A DNA stretch of 35,617 bases, taken from positions 1 through 35,617 of IMG/VR virus record IMGVR_UViG_3300044723_002159. One strand, 5' to 3'. The translations under genes and the position numbers were made by a program. Shown here in pieces: positions 14,150-26,100 of the stretch. Numbering within the stretch: the stretch's first letter is position 1; every line of letters begins with the position of its first letter. This stretch comes from a virus (Duplodnaviria; Caudoviricetes). The notes beneath the pieces are model-generated. The model saw only the letters and a program-made list of their open reading frames with translations. It did no database searches and was not told where the DNA came from.

Positions 14150-17100
14150 ATGGATTTTAGACCTAATTTTTATCTGCCTTCACAAGCTAAAGAAGGATTA
14201 GCAGCTAAGACATCACAAAACTTACAAGAGATAGCTGCGTTTGAAAGAGCTATTACACCTGACTTAGCTAAGACAATGACAGATATTACTAGAACATATC
14301 CATCATTAGATAAACGATTAGTAGTCTATGGTGCATTGTCAGGATTACAAGCAGATGATGATGCTATGTTAAAACTTGCACAAACACAAGAAAAAGCTAT
14401 GGAGAAAAAACAACGTACAAAAGTAAATACACAAGTTAATCCATTAAAGCGTGGCACACAACTATCTTTCTTAGCTATGGATTCTGCGTTTCAAAATATA
14501 TCACGTAATTTTAAATCATCTATTGTTGCTGCACAAGAAACAGGTACATCACTTACAGGTGCTGTAGTTGGCAACACATTAGCAGGATTAGTACCTGGAG
14601 AACAACTTACAGAAAATATTCGTAAAGCTACATTAGGCAAAGAGTTTAACGATAAGTACGAAGAAACAAAAGAAGCATATGGAGAAAACGAATTTCGTAG
14701 AGCTTTAGGAGAGGTACAAGCAGGTAGACCACTTAACTTAGGTGTGGGTCTTTTACCTAATTCATTACCATTAGAAGAAACTGATGTGTATGTGAAACAG
14801 ATAAAACTAGGTAAAACACCTACAGAAGCATATGAAGCTGCAGCAGAGGTATATGGTAGACCTATTACAGAAGAGTTTGAAAGAGATGAGTATGAAAATA
14901 CATATCTAACAAAGTATGGTGAAAGAATACCTATATCACCAGGTAGAGTTGTAGCTGCACAGTTTTCTCGTGAAGGTGATATTAAGTATGCACTAGCATC
15001 TACGATTATTGATGGTGCATTTAGATTAGGTGCAGACCCTATAAACTTATTATTAGGTTATGGTGGTGCTGCTAAAACTGCAGGTAGAAAGATTGTATCT
15101 AAAGCAGAAGTAGCACAGTATGTAGATGATGCTGCATTTATGACAAGAGCATTAAAAACATTTTCTCCTACAAAAAAAGGTGCAGAAGCTAGAAGATTAA
15201 CGTTTGGTAAAACTGCTGAACAAATTATGGATAGCAAATGGGGAGATAAGTTTGTAGATGCATTAACAGAAAACAACTCTGTATCAAGACTTAAAGACAT
15301 ACCTACGTTATCAAAGGTAGACCCTAAAGTATTAAATTTATTAGCACAAGTGAAAGACAAACAATCTATGCGTGAAATAGTATTGTCATTACTTAAACAT
15401 GGTGATTTATCTGATTTGATGGTTGCACCATACACAGGTGCATTTGTAGGACAAGAGATAGCAGAAGCTGCAATACAAACACCATTGACTAAATTACCTA
15501 TGCGACAATCAGTTGTTGCAGATATGGCAAATGAATTAGCTAAGAAGTTTGCAGGTCAATCTATAGATGTTGCACCACTTAGAAATACTATAGGTGCTTT
15601 GTTAGGCAAAATGAGTGATGACCCATTTAGAGGTGTAGTTGGTTTAGGTGGTTCGTTAAAAAATGCATTACCACAAAAAGTAAAAAGATTATTTGATTTA
15701 GCACCTAGTAGATTTGCTGCAATAAATTACATAGGTGAAACTATAGAAAACATTGATGGCATTATGGTTACATTAGGTGAAAATCAAAAGACTAGAGATT
15801 TTTATATAGGTAAATTACTTACAGCAAAAACACAAAATGACATTGTAGATGTTGTTAAAACAGTAAATAAAAGAATACAAAACAAAGTTATAAAAGATAA
15901 TCCTGATTTGCAAGGTGAAGAAGATATGGTTGAGGCTGTAATAGATTTTGTCAATAATGAAATATCAGAAAAAAGAAAATATCTTTATGACAAAGATGGT
16001 AAACCTGTAGCATTTCCTGGTACAAAATATAAATACGTTCCACAAAGTGTTAATGAAGCAGGTGAGATTGTAGAAGGCATTAATGTAGCTGTACCTACTG
16101 CTTTTTCTATGGGTCAGTTTGCAGATAACTTTACACCACTAATTGATTACAAAGAGTTAGGAAGAGCATTAAATACTTTTAGAAGATTAGTAGGACCTAA
16201 AACAGGTAAGTTAAGAAAGTTAGTATCTACTACGTGGTCAGACCCTAATAGAGATTTAGGTGAAAAAATATTACAACAAGCAAAGATACCTACTAGAGGA
16301 TTAAAAAATAACTACGCTAAAAAGAAAAAAACATTAGCACCTACTACATGGATGGAATATATTTATTCTGATTACATAATGCAACGTGCATTAAAACCAG
16401 GTTGGATGTTACGACCTGCATTAGCATTACGTGTGCCACCTGAAGAAGCAGTACGTATTGCTATGTATGGTGGACCTAATGTATTTTCTCATCCATTATT
16501 ACTTGCTAGTTTAAAATCTAACTTTAGACAAGGTGACCCTACAAACATACAACTTGTTAGTAGTACAGGTGAACAATTTTATTCTTCTCGTATATTGGCA
16601 GATGAGATGGATGAAACTGCAGAGTTACTTGGCAACATAGATTTGCAAAAAAGTTTAGAAACTTTAAAGTATGATGACATACAACAGATTATGAAAGTCA
16701 TGCGACTTAACACTAATGTTAATGGTCAAGTAGGCGATTCATTTTTACAGTATGCTATTGATGGTAATAATGCTACAGACTTTGCATTTGATGAAATAGT
16801 TGGTGAACTAAAACAACTTAAAACACAAAAAGTTAACCCAGTTGGTAATCTTGGTAATTCACTAGAATTGCGTGACACAGTAAGACCTTTTGCTAATTTA
16901 TCTAAAATGCAAAAAAACATATCTGTAATACCTAATAAAAAATACAAACAAATAGTTGAGGTAGAAACTAATGCAGAAATAGCACAAGCAATACAAAACT
17001 ATGCAAATAATCCATCTATACAAATGCAACTTAAAAAATTAAATCATGGATTGTCTATACAAATAAAAGACAATTCTGTAATTCTTGATGTTACTGTACA

Positions 17101-20100
17101 ACTAGATAGTGGTAGCACAGTAGCAGAAGCAGAAACAGCATTAAAAAATGCATTAAGTATTGCTGTTAAATCACATCAACCAAAAATATATATAAGAGAA
17201 GAAGCATTTAATTTATTACCTGATAGTAACCCTATAAAAAATAGTGCTAAATATATAGAAGATAGTAATGTGTTTGAAATATCTGTATATGGTCAACCTG
17301 ACCCACGTATAGATAATGTAGATATAAATACACCTGTAATAAAAGAAGTTATGGAATATTTGTTTGATGCAAACTTCCAAACAGCTAAAAAAATAATAGA
17401 TAAAAAAGGTGGATATGCACAAGCTGCACCTTCAGGTTCATTTTTTAACACAGACAAACATTACATACAATCTATGGCAGAACAATCATTAGTAAAAGCA
17501 CTTAAACCTGGAGGTAAACAAATTAGTTCTGCAGAGGATTTTTATATTATGGTAGATAAATATTTACCTGATGGAACAATAAATCCACAATGGTGGCGTG
17601 GTTGGATTCACGACATTATAAATAAAGCAGGTGACCCTTTGTTTGTTATTGTTGCTAGAGATGGTGCAAATAAAGCATTTGATTTTTTCAGTAATACAAC
17701 ATCAGGTAAAAAATATATAAAAGAACTTATTGCAAGAAGTGATGACCCTGAAATACGTTCTGTATTAGAAAATAGTGATGATTTGCTAAAGTATCTGAAA
17801 ACTGCAGAATATGAAATAGGTAGATTACAAGGTAATCCTACAAAAAAAATTTTAAGAGATGGTCAAGAAATAACAGAGGAACAAGCAAGAGAGTTGCTTA
17901 TAGATAGCAGTGGTAAGATTAATTTTCCTGATTACGAAGTAGATTTATCTGTAGGTGCTGCAAAAGTAAGAGAGTTTATTGCTAATGGTGGATTTGTAGA
18001 TGGAGATGATTACTTAGAGTTAGCACAAAAATACTCTGTATTGTCTGCTAAAACAGAAAAATACTTTGGTAAATTTTATGACAGAATTAAAAAAGTGTTT
18101 GATGAAGATATACGACAATTAGACTTAGGACCAAGAGTACAAGCATTTAACAACAATCCATATCTTACACCTGCAGGACAACCTATAGATACAGCATTAA
18201 GTAAATGGGATGATGTATTAGGTGCAGGTTATAGTATCTTATTAGCAAAACCATCAGATTATTTAAATCGTGACCCTATGTTTAGATGGTCATTTTATAC
18301 ATTAGCAACAGACCTTATACCTTTTATGACAGAAGAAGTTAAAAAAGAATTTATTGTTGGTGCTAAAACTTGGATAGATGGTAGTGATTTATATGATGAC
18401 ATACTTAGATTAGCTAAGTTACCTGCAGAAGAAAATAGTATTGTAACACTAGAACAAGCAGAAACATTACTTAAATACAAAGCTATGGATGAAGTAAAGA
18501 ACTTGTTATACGCTAGTTCTGATAGACACGTGTTATCTGATGTTATGGCATCTTATGTACCATTTCCTGAAATATGGCAAGAGGTTATAAAGACTTGGGG
18601 TAAATTACTTGTAGAAAATCCACAGAAATTTAACAGAACACGTATAGGTATAGATAGAGGTAAAGAAGCAAAACCTTGGGATACAGACAATGCATTCTTT
18701 ACATCTGACCCTGTAACAGGCGAATTGTTATTTAATTACGTAGATGTTATGCATATGATGACATTTGGTCTTACTGCAATACCAGGTGCATTTGGTTTCG
18801 CACCACTGCAAACAGGATTGTTAGGAGAAAATTTAGAAGATGAAGGTGTACGTGTTAAACCATATGGTTTCTTAGAAGGACTTAACCTTATATCTGCAAA
18901 TGGTTTTTCTCCTGGTTTTGGTCCAATACTTACATTTCCATTTAAAATTCTTACAAAGATAGCTACAGTGCCTAAAGTCATATCTAACTTTGTGTTAGGT
19001 AACTTTGAAGCACCAGGTTCACAACCTAACTTAATAGATGAACTACCTGCATGGGCAAAAGGTTTTATGAGAGCTGTACCATTTACACAAGAAGCAACAG
19101 AAGAAATAAACGCATCATACTCTAAAACAGTTATGGATATATTTACATTGTATTACTACGCAGGTAAATGGACACCTGATGATGAACAATCAATTAAGGT
19201 TGCTATGCAAGAAGCAGAGAGAGCAGCAGCTATACACTGGTTAGTTAGAGGTACTGCACAAGCTGCGTTTCCTACTGCTATACAACCTAGATACGAAATA
19301 AAAGATAAGAATGGTGTGTGGTGGACTATGCAAGTATTAGGTCAAAAGTATCAACAAATGTTAGAAGCTAACCAGTTTGATTATTATTTAACAACACAAC
19401 AGTTTTCACAGAAGTTTGGTATGAACCCTATACCTATGCGACAATCATCTACAGTTAAAAAAGGTAGATTTCCTGTTAAAAAAGATTCGTATGCGTTTTG
19501 GCAACTAAATGAAAACAAAGAGTTATTAGAAAGAAAACCATACACAGCAATACATCTTATGCCTGACAGAGTAGATGATGAGTTTTCTTTACCTGCATTT
19601 ATGGCAGGTGGTGAGGTGTTAGACCCTAATGCATATGCAAGAGCAGTAAATCAGTCACTGTTACAGTTTGAATTAGAAAATTATAAAGAAGAATTAAATG
19701 CAGATAAAACACTAACTACTAAAGCTAGAAACGAAATGTACTCATCATACAAAGCAAAGAAACAAGATGAGTATGGTGTTATAGCATATGGTAGATTAGG
19801 TGATGCTGTAGAACAAGCAGACAAGTATCAGATTATACAAGAGCTTAGAGATTGGGAGAACGAACCATTACTAAGAGAATCACCTGCGTTTCCACCATTA
19901 CAAAAGTTTTTAAAAGAGTATGACAGAGCTATAGATGTTGTGTTAAATGGTGGTGAATTTAGAGGTGTTACAGTACAATCAGGTGGAATACCAAATAAGA
20001 CTGCAGCAACACTTTCAGGAACAAGTGGTAACATAAGTAGTATAAGAACTGAACTAGATGCTTATGCTAGAGAGTTAGCTTTACAGTACGAAGATACTGA

Positions 20101-20164
20101 ATGGATAAGTATTTATCTATCAAGTTTTTGGAAAGAATTAGATAATAGAAGGTATATTAAATGA
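14150..20164 (+). CDS. 2004-aa large internal virion (DNA ejection) protein
   Basis: Size, helical composition and position in a podovirus-like structural operon; no catalytic motif recognised. Confidence 0.6.
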   Translation: MDFRPNFYLPSQAKEGLAAKTSQNLQEIAAFERAITPDLAKTMTDITRTYPSLDKRLVVYGALSGLQADDDAMLKLAQTQEKAMEKKQRTKVNTQVNPLKRGTQLSFLAMDSAFQNISRNFKSSIVAAQETGTSLTGAVVGNTLAGLVPGEQLTENIRKATLGKEFNDKYEETKEAYGENEFRRALGEVQAGRPLNLGVGLLPNSLPLEETDVYVKQIKLGKTPTEAYEAAAEVYGRPITEEFERDEYENTYLTKYGERIPISPGRVVAAQFSREGDIKYALASTIIDGAFRLGADPINLLLGYGGAAKTAGRKIVSKAEVAQYVDDAAFMTRALKTFSPTKKGAEARRLTFGKTAEQIMDSKWGDKFVDALTENNSVSRLKDIPTLSKVDPKVLNLLAQVKDKQSMREIVLSLLKHGDLSDLMVAPYTGAFVGQEIAEAAIQTPLTKLPMRQSVVADMANELAKKFAGQSIDVAPLRNTIGALLGKMSDDPFRGVVGLGGSLKNALPQKVKRLFDLAPSRFAAINYIGETIENIDGIMVTLGENQKTRDFYIGKLLTAKTQNDIVDVVKTVNKRIQNKVIKDNPDLQGEEDMVEAVIDFVNNEISEKRKYLYDKDGKPVAFPGTKYKYVPQSVNEAGEIVEGINVAVPTAFSMGQFADNFTPLIDYKELGRALNTFRRLVGPKTGKLRKLVSTTWSDPNRDLGEKILQQAKIPTRGLKNNYAKKKKTLAPTTWMEYIYSDYIMQRALKPGWMLRPALALRVPPEEAVRIAMYGGPNVFSHPLLLASLKSNFRQGDPTNIQLVSSTGEQFYSSRILADEMDETAELLGNIDLQKSLETLKYDDIQQIMKVMRLNTNVNGQVGDSFLQYAIDGNNATDFAFDEIVGELKQLKTQKVNPVGNLGNSLELRDTVRPFANLSKMQKNISVIPNKKYKQIVEVETNAEIAQAIQNYANNPSIQMQLKKLNHGLSIQIKDNSVILDVTVQLDSGSTVAEAETALKNALSIAVKSHQPKIYIREEAFNLLPDSNPIKNSAKYIEDSNVFEISVYGQPDPRIDNVDINTPVIKEVMEYLFDANFQTAKKIIDKKGGYAQAAPSGSFFNTDKHYIQSMAEQSLVKALKPGGKQISSAEDFYIMVDKYLPDGTINPQWWRGWIHDIINKAGDPLFVIVARDGANKAFDFFSNTTSGKKYIKELIARSDDPEIRSVLENSDDLLKYLKTAEYEIGRLQGNPTKKILRDGQEITEEQARELLIDSSGKINFPDYEVDLSVGAAKVREFIANGGFVDGDDYLELAQKYSVLSAKTEKYFGKFYDRIKKVFDEDIRQLDLGPRVQAFNNNPYLTPAGQPIDTALSKWDDVLGAGYSILLAKPSDYLNRDPMFRWSFYTLATDLIPFMTEEVKKEFIVGAKTWIDGSDLYDDILRLAKLPAEENSIVTLEQAETLLKYKAMDEVKNLLYASSDRHVLSDVMASYVPFPEIWQEVIKTWGKLLVENPQKFNRTRIGIDRGKEAKPWDTDNAFFTSDPVTGELLFNYVDVMHMMTFGLTAIPGAFGFAPLQTGLLGENLEDEGVRVKPYGFLEGLNLISANGFSPGFGPILTFPFKILTKIATVPKVISNFVLGNFEAPGSQPNLIDELPAWAKGFMRAVPFTQEATEEINASYSKTVMDIFTLYYYAGKWTPDDEQSIKVAMQEAERAAAIHWLVRGTAQAAFPTAIQPRYEIKDKNGVWWTMQVLGQKYQQMLEANQFDYYLTTQQFSQKFGMNPIPMRQSSTVKKGRFPVKKDSYAFWQLNENKELLERKPYTAIHLMPDRVDDEFSLPAFMAGGEVLDPNAYARAVNQSLLQFELENYKEELNADKTLTTKARNEMYSSYKAKKQDEYGVIAYGRLGDAVEQADKYQIIQELRDWENEPLLRESPAFPPLQKFLKEYDRAIDVVLNGGEFRGVTVQSGGIPNKTAATLSGTSGNISSIRTELDAYARELALQYEDTEWISIYLSSFWKELDNRRYIK

Positions 20165-21603
20165 GTACAGAAAAATCTGTAAAACAAATAGAAAAGTATT
20201 TAAAAGATTTAGATAAAGATAAAGATTATCCTGCTAGTTTTAGTGAGTTTATATCACAACTAAACCAAAGAATATTTATACCTATACGTATACAAAAAGA
20301 AGATGGTGAAATATCAGCAGAAGATTACACACTTAGTTACTTATTAGCTTTACCTGGAGTAGGTGCTATAGGTTTTGATTATGGTGATAATCTTGTTGAG
20401 TATAGACAACAACTTTTAGAACCTGCATCATTAGATGAATACATTACAGCTCTTACTGCATATTTAGAGGCAGAGGCAACACCAACAGAATCAACATTTG
20501 GTATGCCTGGACCAAATGAACAAAACATAACGTATAGTTCTTTAGCTAATGTAGAGTTAATTAGTTCTATATCTCGTAGTATATCTGATTGGAACGTACA
20601 AGACACAGATACTGCATCATACAATATTGATGAACCAAAGATAATTGGAATAGCACCTGTAACATCTAAAGGTACAGACCCTGAAACAGGTGAAACAAAA
20701 TTTGGTTCTAATGATTATTATTCAGGTCCTAATGTAGCACTAAACACTGCTAATCAATACATAGACCCTAGAACAGGTGAAACTAAAAAATTAAATGGAA
20801 AAGTATTAACACCACATTTTAGACTTGGTGCAGCAACAGAAGTGTTTTCAGGATTAAGTCAGGAAGCAATATTTGAGATACAACAAGAATTATCAAGTCT
20901 TGGATTAGACATTGGTAGTTACAGTTTTGTTCCTGGTGTTGTTGACCCTACATTACGTGGTGGTGAGATAGATTTTATAGGTCAACTTATGACAGAAGCT
21001 AATGATGCAATAGCTATGTTTCCTGAATTAAATCTAGTAGATAGAAATGCAAATACAATATTAGGTCAACTAAGACCATATATGGAATGGAAAAAAGGTG
21101 TAGATGAACAAACAAATGTATTTGTAGAAAGTTTGCAAAGAGAGTTTGCAGCAGATGTAGTACCACCTACAGAGGCAGAAGTAAAGTCTGCTATAGACCA
21201 GTTGTTTATAGAACGTGGTATAAATCCTACATCTAATGATTATCAAAAGTATGCAACTATATTTGGTAACTTGCAGAAAGATGCAGCAGCTAGAGCAGCA
21301 GAAATAGAAGATAATAAGTTATCACTAAATGACATTATTGGATTATCTACATCTTATAACAATACAACAGAGATAGGTCCATACACATATGGTGGTTTTG
21401 GTGTATCAGTACCTTCTGCAGAAGAAGCTAGAGAAAAACTAGGTAAACCATTACTACAACAGATAGATGTAACGACAGAACTAGGAAAGATTATAGATGA
21501 TTTAGAAGCAGGTAGAATAGATGCAAGTCAAGAGATACTTGCTAGAACTGCAGCAGCACAAGATTTTAAACGTAACTTTATGGTATTTGAGGAGAACTTT
21601 TAA
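20161..21603 (+). CDS. putative internal virion protein
   Basis: 480-aa acidic ORF coupled within the ejection-protein block. Confidence 0.55.
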   Translation: MSTEKSVKQIEKYLKDLDKDKDYPASFSEFISQLNQRIFIPIRIQKEDGEISAEDYTLSYLLALPGVGAIGFDYGDNLVEYRQQLLEPASLDEYITALTAYLEAEATPTESTFGMPGPNEQNITYSSLANVELISSISRSISDWNVQDTDTASYNIDEPKIIGIAPVTSKGTDPETGETKFGSNDYYSGPNVALNTANQYIDPRTGETKKLNGKVLTPHFRLGAATEVFSGLSQEAIFEIQQELSSLGLDIGSYSFVPGVVDPTLRGGEIDFIGQLMTEANDAIAMFPELNLVDRNANTILGQLRPYMEWKKGVDEQTNVFVESLQREFAADVVPPTEAEVKSAIDQLFIERGINPTSNDYQKYATIFGNLQKDAAARAAEIEDNKLSLNDIIGLSTSYNNTTEIGPYTYGGFGVSVPSAEEAREKLGKPLLQQIDVTTELGKIIDDLEAGRIDASQEILARTAAAQDFKRNFMVFEENF

Positions 21604-22946
21604 TGTATAGTCCACAACAACTTTATCAATTTATACAATACGCTAAGAATTATCTTGAACTACAAGATGTACAGTTTAAAAGTGGGGATAACTTTATAGA
21701 CCCTAATAACGAAGAAGATGTTACTAAATTAATATCTATTGCATTAGCAGAACATAGAGATGGTGATAAGCCATCAGGTTTTGCACAAAACATACCTGGT
21801 GACCAAGGTAGGTCAAGAGGACCATGGCAAATTTATGGAAGCACATGGGAAAGTGTATTGCGTGAGTATGATGTATTTAATTCTTTTGAAGATATTAATG
21901 ATGCACTAGATGACCCTGGACTTAACGCTATAGCTGCACTTCTTGTTGCACAATATGATGTAGGGGAAAGACAAGGTTTAGATAACTGGACTACAAAAGA
22001 TATAGCAAGTCAACAAGAGTTTTTAGATGCAGCAAAAGAGTTTGATACACAACTAATAGAAAATCCTGAACGTATACAAAACCCTGATGGCACTATAGAA
22101 GAAATACCTGCAGAGCCAACAGCAGCAGGATTTGAAAGAACACAAGCACCACAAATACTAGAACAAAGTGCTAAGAGCATAGCCAATATGGCATCAGAAT
22201 TAAAACTTGCAAGTAAAGGACAGTTACTTAAAAACAAAGAAACATATGTATCTTTTACTGGTAATCAAGTAAGAAGCATGGTTGGTGAAGATATAAACAA
22301 TATACATAAGAATTTATTAGCAGGTGTAAATATTGCAGACCTAAGTAACAGAGAGATTGCAGATTTATATGCTAAGAACATACATCCTTATCTACCATAT
22401 GATGCTTCGTATAGAGGTGTAGATATGCAAGGTAATGGACAAAACATTGTTGATTTATTACAAGGCAAAAATGTAAGTCCTAATGATAGTTTTTATGTAC
22501 CAGGAGAACAAAAAGTAATTAGTGGTGATGATGTAAACAAAAGAGTTAACTTGCTTAAATCTTATATGTATCAATACTTCCTAAACAAAAAAGAACAAGA
22601 ACCTTTGTCACAACTTAACAGTGTGTATGAGTATATATTTAGAACTGCACATCCATACATAAAAGTTACAGATGATGTTATGGGTGCTTTAGGCGATACA
22701 CCTGATACTACTATTAGAACTCCTGGAACAGGATTTCCAGTAAACAGAGGACAATTTTTACAAGATAAAAACAATACTAGATTTCCAAAAAGACCAGGAC
22801 AAAACGTTGGTGAAGGAGTAGCACCACAAGAAGCTGCACCTACGTTTTTAAATAACTTAGAAAAAATATTAAGAGTAAAACCACAAGGTAGTAAAGTTCG
22901 TAGACCACAAGAGAGGAACGCAGTAAGCGATTTTTTAAATAGATAA
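21603..22946 (+). CDS. virion-associated lysozyme-like / lytic transglycosylase domain protein
   Basis: IALAEH (candidate catalytic Glu), SRGPWQI, DPGLNAIAA and GLDNW motifs in the N-terminal ~130 aa. Confidence 0.7.
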   Translation: MYSPQQLYQFIQYAKNYLELQDVQFKSGDNFIDPNNEEDVTKLISIALAEHRDGDKPSGFAQNIPGDQGRSRGPWQIYGSTWESVLREYDVFNSFEDINDALDDPGLNAIAALLVAQYDVGERQGLDNWTTKDIASQQEFLDAAKEFDTQLIENPERIQNPDGTIEEIPAEPTAAGFERTQAPQILEQSAKSIANMASELKLASKGQLLKNKETYVSFTGNQVRSMVGEDINNIHKNLLAGVNIADLSNREIADLYAKNIHPYLPYDASYRGVDMQGNGQNIVDLLQGKNVSPNDSFYVPGEQKVISGDDVNKRVNLLKSYMYQYFLNKKEQEPLSQLNSVYEYIFRTAHPYIKVTDDVMGALGDTPDTTIRTPGTGFPVNRGQFLQDKNNTRFPKRPGQNVGEGVAPQEAAPTFLNNLEKILRVKPQGSKVRRPQERNAVSDFLNR

Positions 22947-23122
22947 TGGAAGAAATAATAGAATTTATAGAAGCTAATCCTGAATACAGTGAGTATCTTG
23001 TTGATGGTAAAGTTCAGTGGGAAACACTTGGTATTGATATAGATATAGAACGTAAAGCAATAGATTATGTAAATGATGCAGAATTATTTATATCTGCAGT
23101 TTCTCTCGTTGATTTTGTATGA
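22946..23122 (+). CDS. 58-aa acidic protein (MEEIIEFIEANPEYSEY...SLVDFV)
   Basis: Read by hand; TAATG and ATGA overlaps fill the gap exactly. Confidence 0.7.
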   Translation: MEEIIEFIEANPEYSEYLVDGKVQWETLGIDIDIERKAIDYVNDAELFISAVSLVDFV

Positions 23123-26100
23123 ACTTAAATGAATTTATTACACTTGTATTTAATGGTTTAGCACGTTACATTAGTGATAATACTGATTTAAATTATAACG
23201 ATTTATCAGACTCACAATTAGAATCTGTACGTAATCAAATACGTAATACCATACGAGAAACAGCAGATACTTATGATAGTAATAATTTTCCTCGTGCAGT
23301 AAGAAGTAACATAGCTGCAGATTTAGCAGACCTTGCAGATTCTGCAGGTATAGATTTACCACCTAATTTTTCAACAAACTTTGAAGATAGATTAGGACAA
23401 ATATCTGATGAACGAATTACACAGTTTTATTTAGTAGATGATGTTATAGAACAAGCAACAGAAACCACACAAGCAGAACCAGTTGTAGATATGGACACTA
23501 GGGTGCAAGAACTTATGGATAACTCATCATCAGTAAGAGAAAAAACTATAAGGCAGATGGTAGATGATATTGCACGAGAAGAAAATTTTACAAATAGAGC
23601 AGGATTAATAGAAAATGTAACAGTAGAAGATTCTATATTTTTTGGAGAAGATAAAAAAATTGTAATAGAAATAGTCAATACTGATACAGAAGTTGACAAT
23701 ATTATAAATAGAGTTATTGATGGTGTAGAGGGTGATGACTTTGTTGTAGAAGTAGTTACATATGATGATGTAGATTCTGTGCATTTAAAAAATGCAAGAC
23801 AGTTTGGTGTAAATGATATTGAATATAATTTAGACCAAAAAGCAGTTGAATTTAAAACATCTACACATTACTTTCCTAAATCAAATGAGGAAATGCAAGA
23901 ATTGTTAAGTGGATATTTAAAACAAAAAGAAAACACTATTGTATACAGAAGTGAAACACAAAGAACACAAAGGTTATACCCTGATGGTCCATTAATAACT
24001 ACAAATCAAACAGGTCACAAAGGTTTTAATACGCATTTACGTATAAATGTACGTGGTAATGAAGTACAAAGCGTATTAGATACATCAAAAATAAAAGCTG
24101 TAATGGTTGCAGGAAACAAATCAGGTGGTACTGCAGGTGATATGTCACCAGTATTTAAAGGTGGTATTGGTAAATATTTTAAAAAATTAGGAAGAAAAGC
24201 AGAAGGTGAGAGATTTCAAGCAATAGCTAACAAACCTGGATATACAATAGGTTACGTGTTTGTTTCTCCTAATGGTTATGAACACATAGTATCTTTTGTA
24301 CATTCTGATGTATCATCATACAGAGTTCACTCAAACGATATTGATTACAGTAGTGATTGGAAAAAAGCAAATATACAAACTAACTTTTTTACTTTTCATC
24401 CTGCAGTCGTAGATGGATATTATCCAAATATTTATGATGGTACATTTAGTAAGAAAAAATTTCTAATACAAATGAAAGTAAATGAGTGGTTTCAAGGTAT
24501 GTTACATTTAGCAGATTTAGATGGTGTAACAATAGACCAAAGTCCTATTAATGGACAAGTTGCTAACTTATATCAAAAAGGTGGATTTATATGGACAGAT
24601 GAACTGCATTTATATAATGATAGATTAGCACCATTTGATGGCAGTGGTGGAATGATAAGACTTCCTAGTGGAAATAGAAATGTTATTGATGGTTGGAAAG
24701 CAGAGTTAAATACAAAACCTGAATGGCAAGTAATTAATAGTGAATCAACTATTGTAAATACAAGGTGGTCATCTCCTGACCAAGTAACAATGGTTGCTAA
24801 GAAAAGAAAGTATAGTCCTGGAGATTTAAAATATTCTGAAAGACACAGAGCTTTAGTATCGTTATCACAATTAAATTATGAAAATCTTAGACCTCATCAA
24901 ATACGAGCTGCTAATGAAGCAATATTTAGAATATCAGGATTATATGGTTTTAATCCTTCAAAATTATTAGAATATTATGAATCAACTGATAATAGAGCAG
25001 AAGCTAAATATTTATTACCTAAAACAGAGTTAAGTAATATTATTACTAAATTACCTAATGAAACTAATCCTAAATTTTTAGCAGAAACTATATTAAACTC
25101 TACACATTTAGAAGAAATAACAGGTTTAGATGTAGATTTATTATCTGACCAAGAAAAAGATATTATAAATTATAAAGAAAAAATATTTTTAGAAACATCA
25201 GATACAGGTGAATTATCTAGTAAAAGTTCATATAAATTATTTGAATCTTTTTTAGACAACATAAGTCCATCAGTACTTAATAAATTTAATATTACATTGG
25301 CAACAGATATTACTGATATAGAAGAAAGAAATAAAATATATTTAGATGATTTTGAAGATGCACAACAACAATTACAAGAAGCTGCACAAACACCTGAAAG
25401 AGATAGGTTTACTAATAGAGTACAAACAGAAGAAGGTTTGAGAAGCTACTCATTTGAAAGTATCAGACAATTATATAATGAAAATGTAGGTAATTATGAA
25501 GGATTTTATGGTCAATTAAGACAAACACTAGCAGACAATCCACAACTTATGGATGATGACTTTGGATTACATGTAGTAGATTCTGACCACGTAAGCACAT
25601 ACTTAGTAGATGATGATGCATTAGTAGCACCTATACTAGAACAAAGCAATAACAGGTCATTTATTACAGATGAAGCTAGACACATATTTACTAGAAACTT
25701 ACAAGCACTATTAGAAAAAGAAAATAATACACTTTTAACTTCAGATATAAACTTTGTTGGTAGTCGTGATGGTATTTACTATATAGAAGTAGGTACTGTG
25801 CAAGAAAGAGTAAATGATGTAGGTGATTTAGTATTTCATAAAGAATATACAACATACAGTTTAGATAGGTCAAGAGATGGTACAAATATAAGATTACGTA
25901 ATGTATTATCTACTTCATCTACAGAACCTACACATGCAATATCTAATGCATTAGCTTTAATGTTTACAGAGTATGATGTGCCTTTAGATTACAGTTTGAC
26001 TGGTGGTCTGCTAGATAAAATACATCCATCAGGAACTATAGGTTATCAAATGGGTATAGTAAATAGTCGTGATGCAGGTACTGTAAATCGTAGTAGAGGT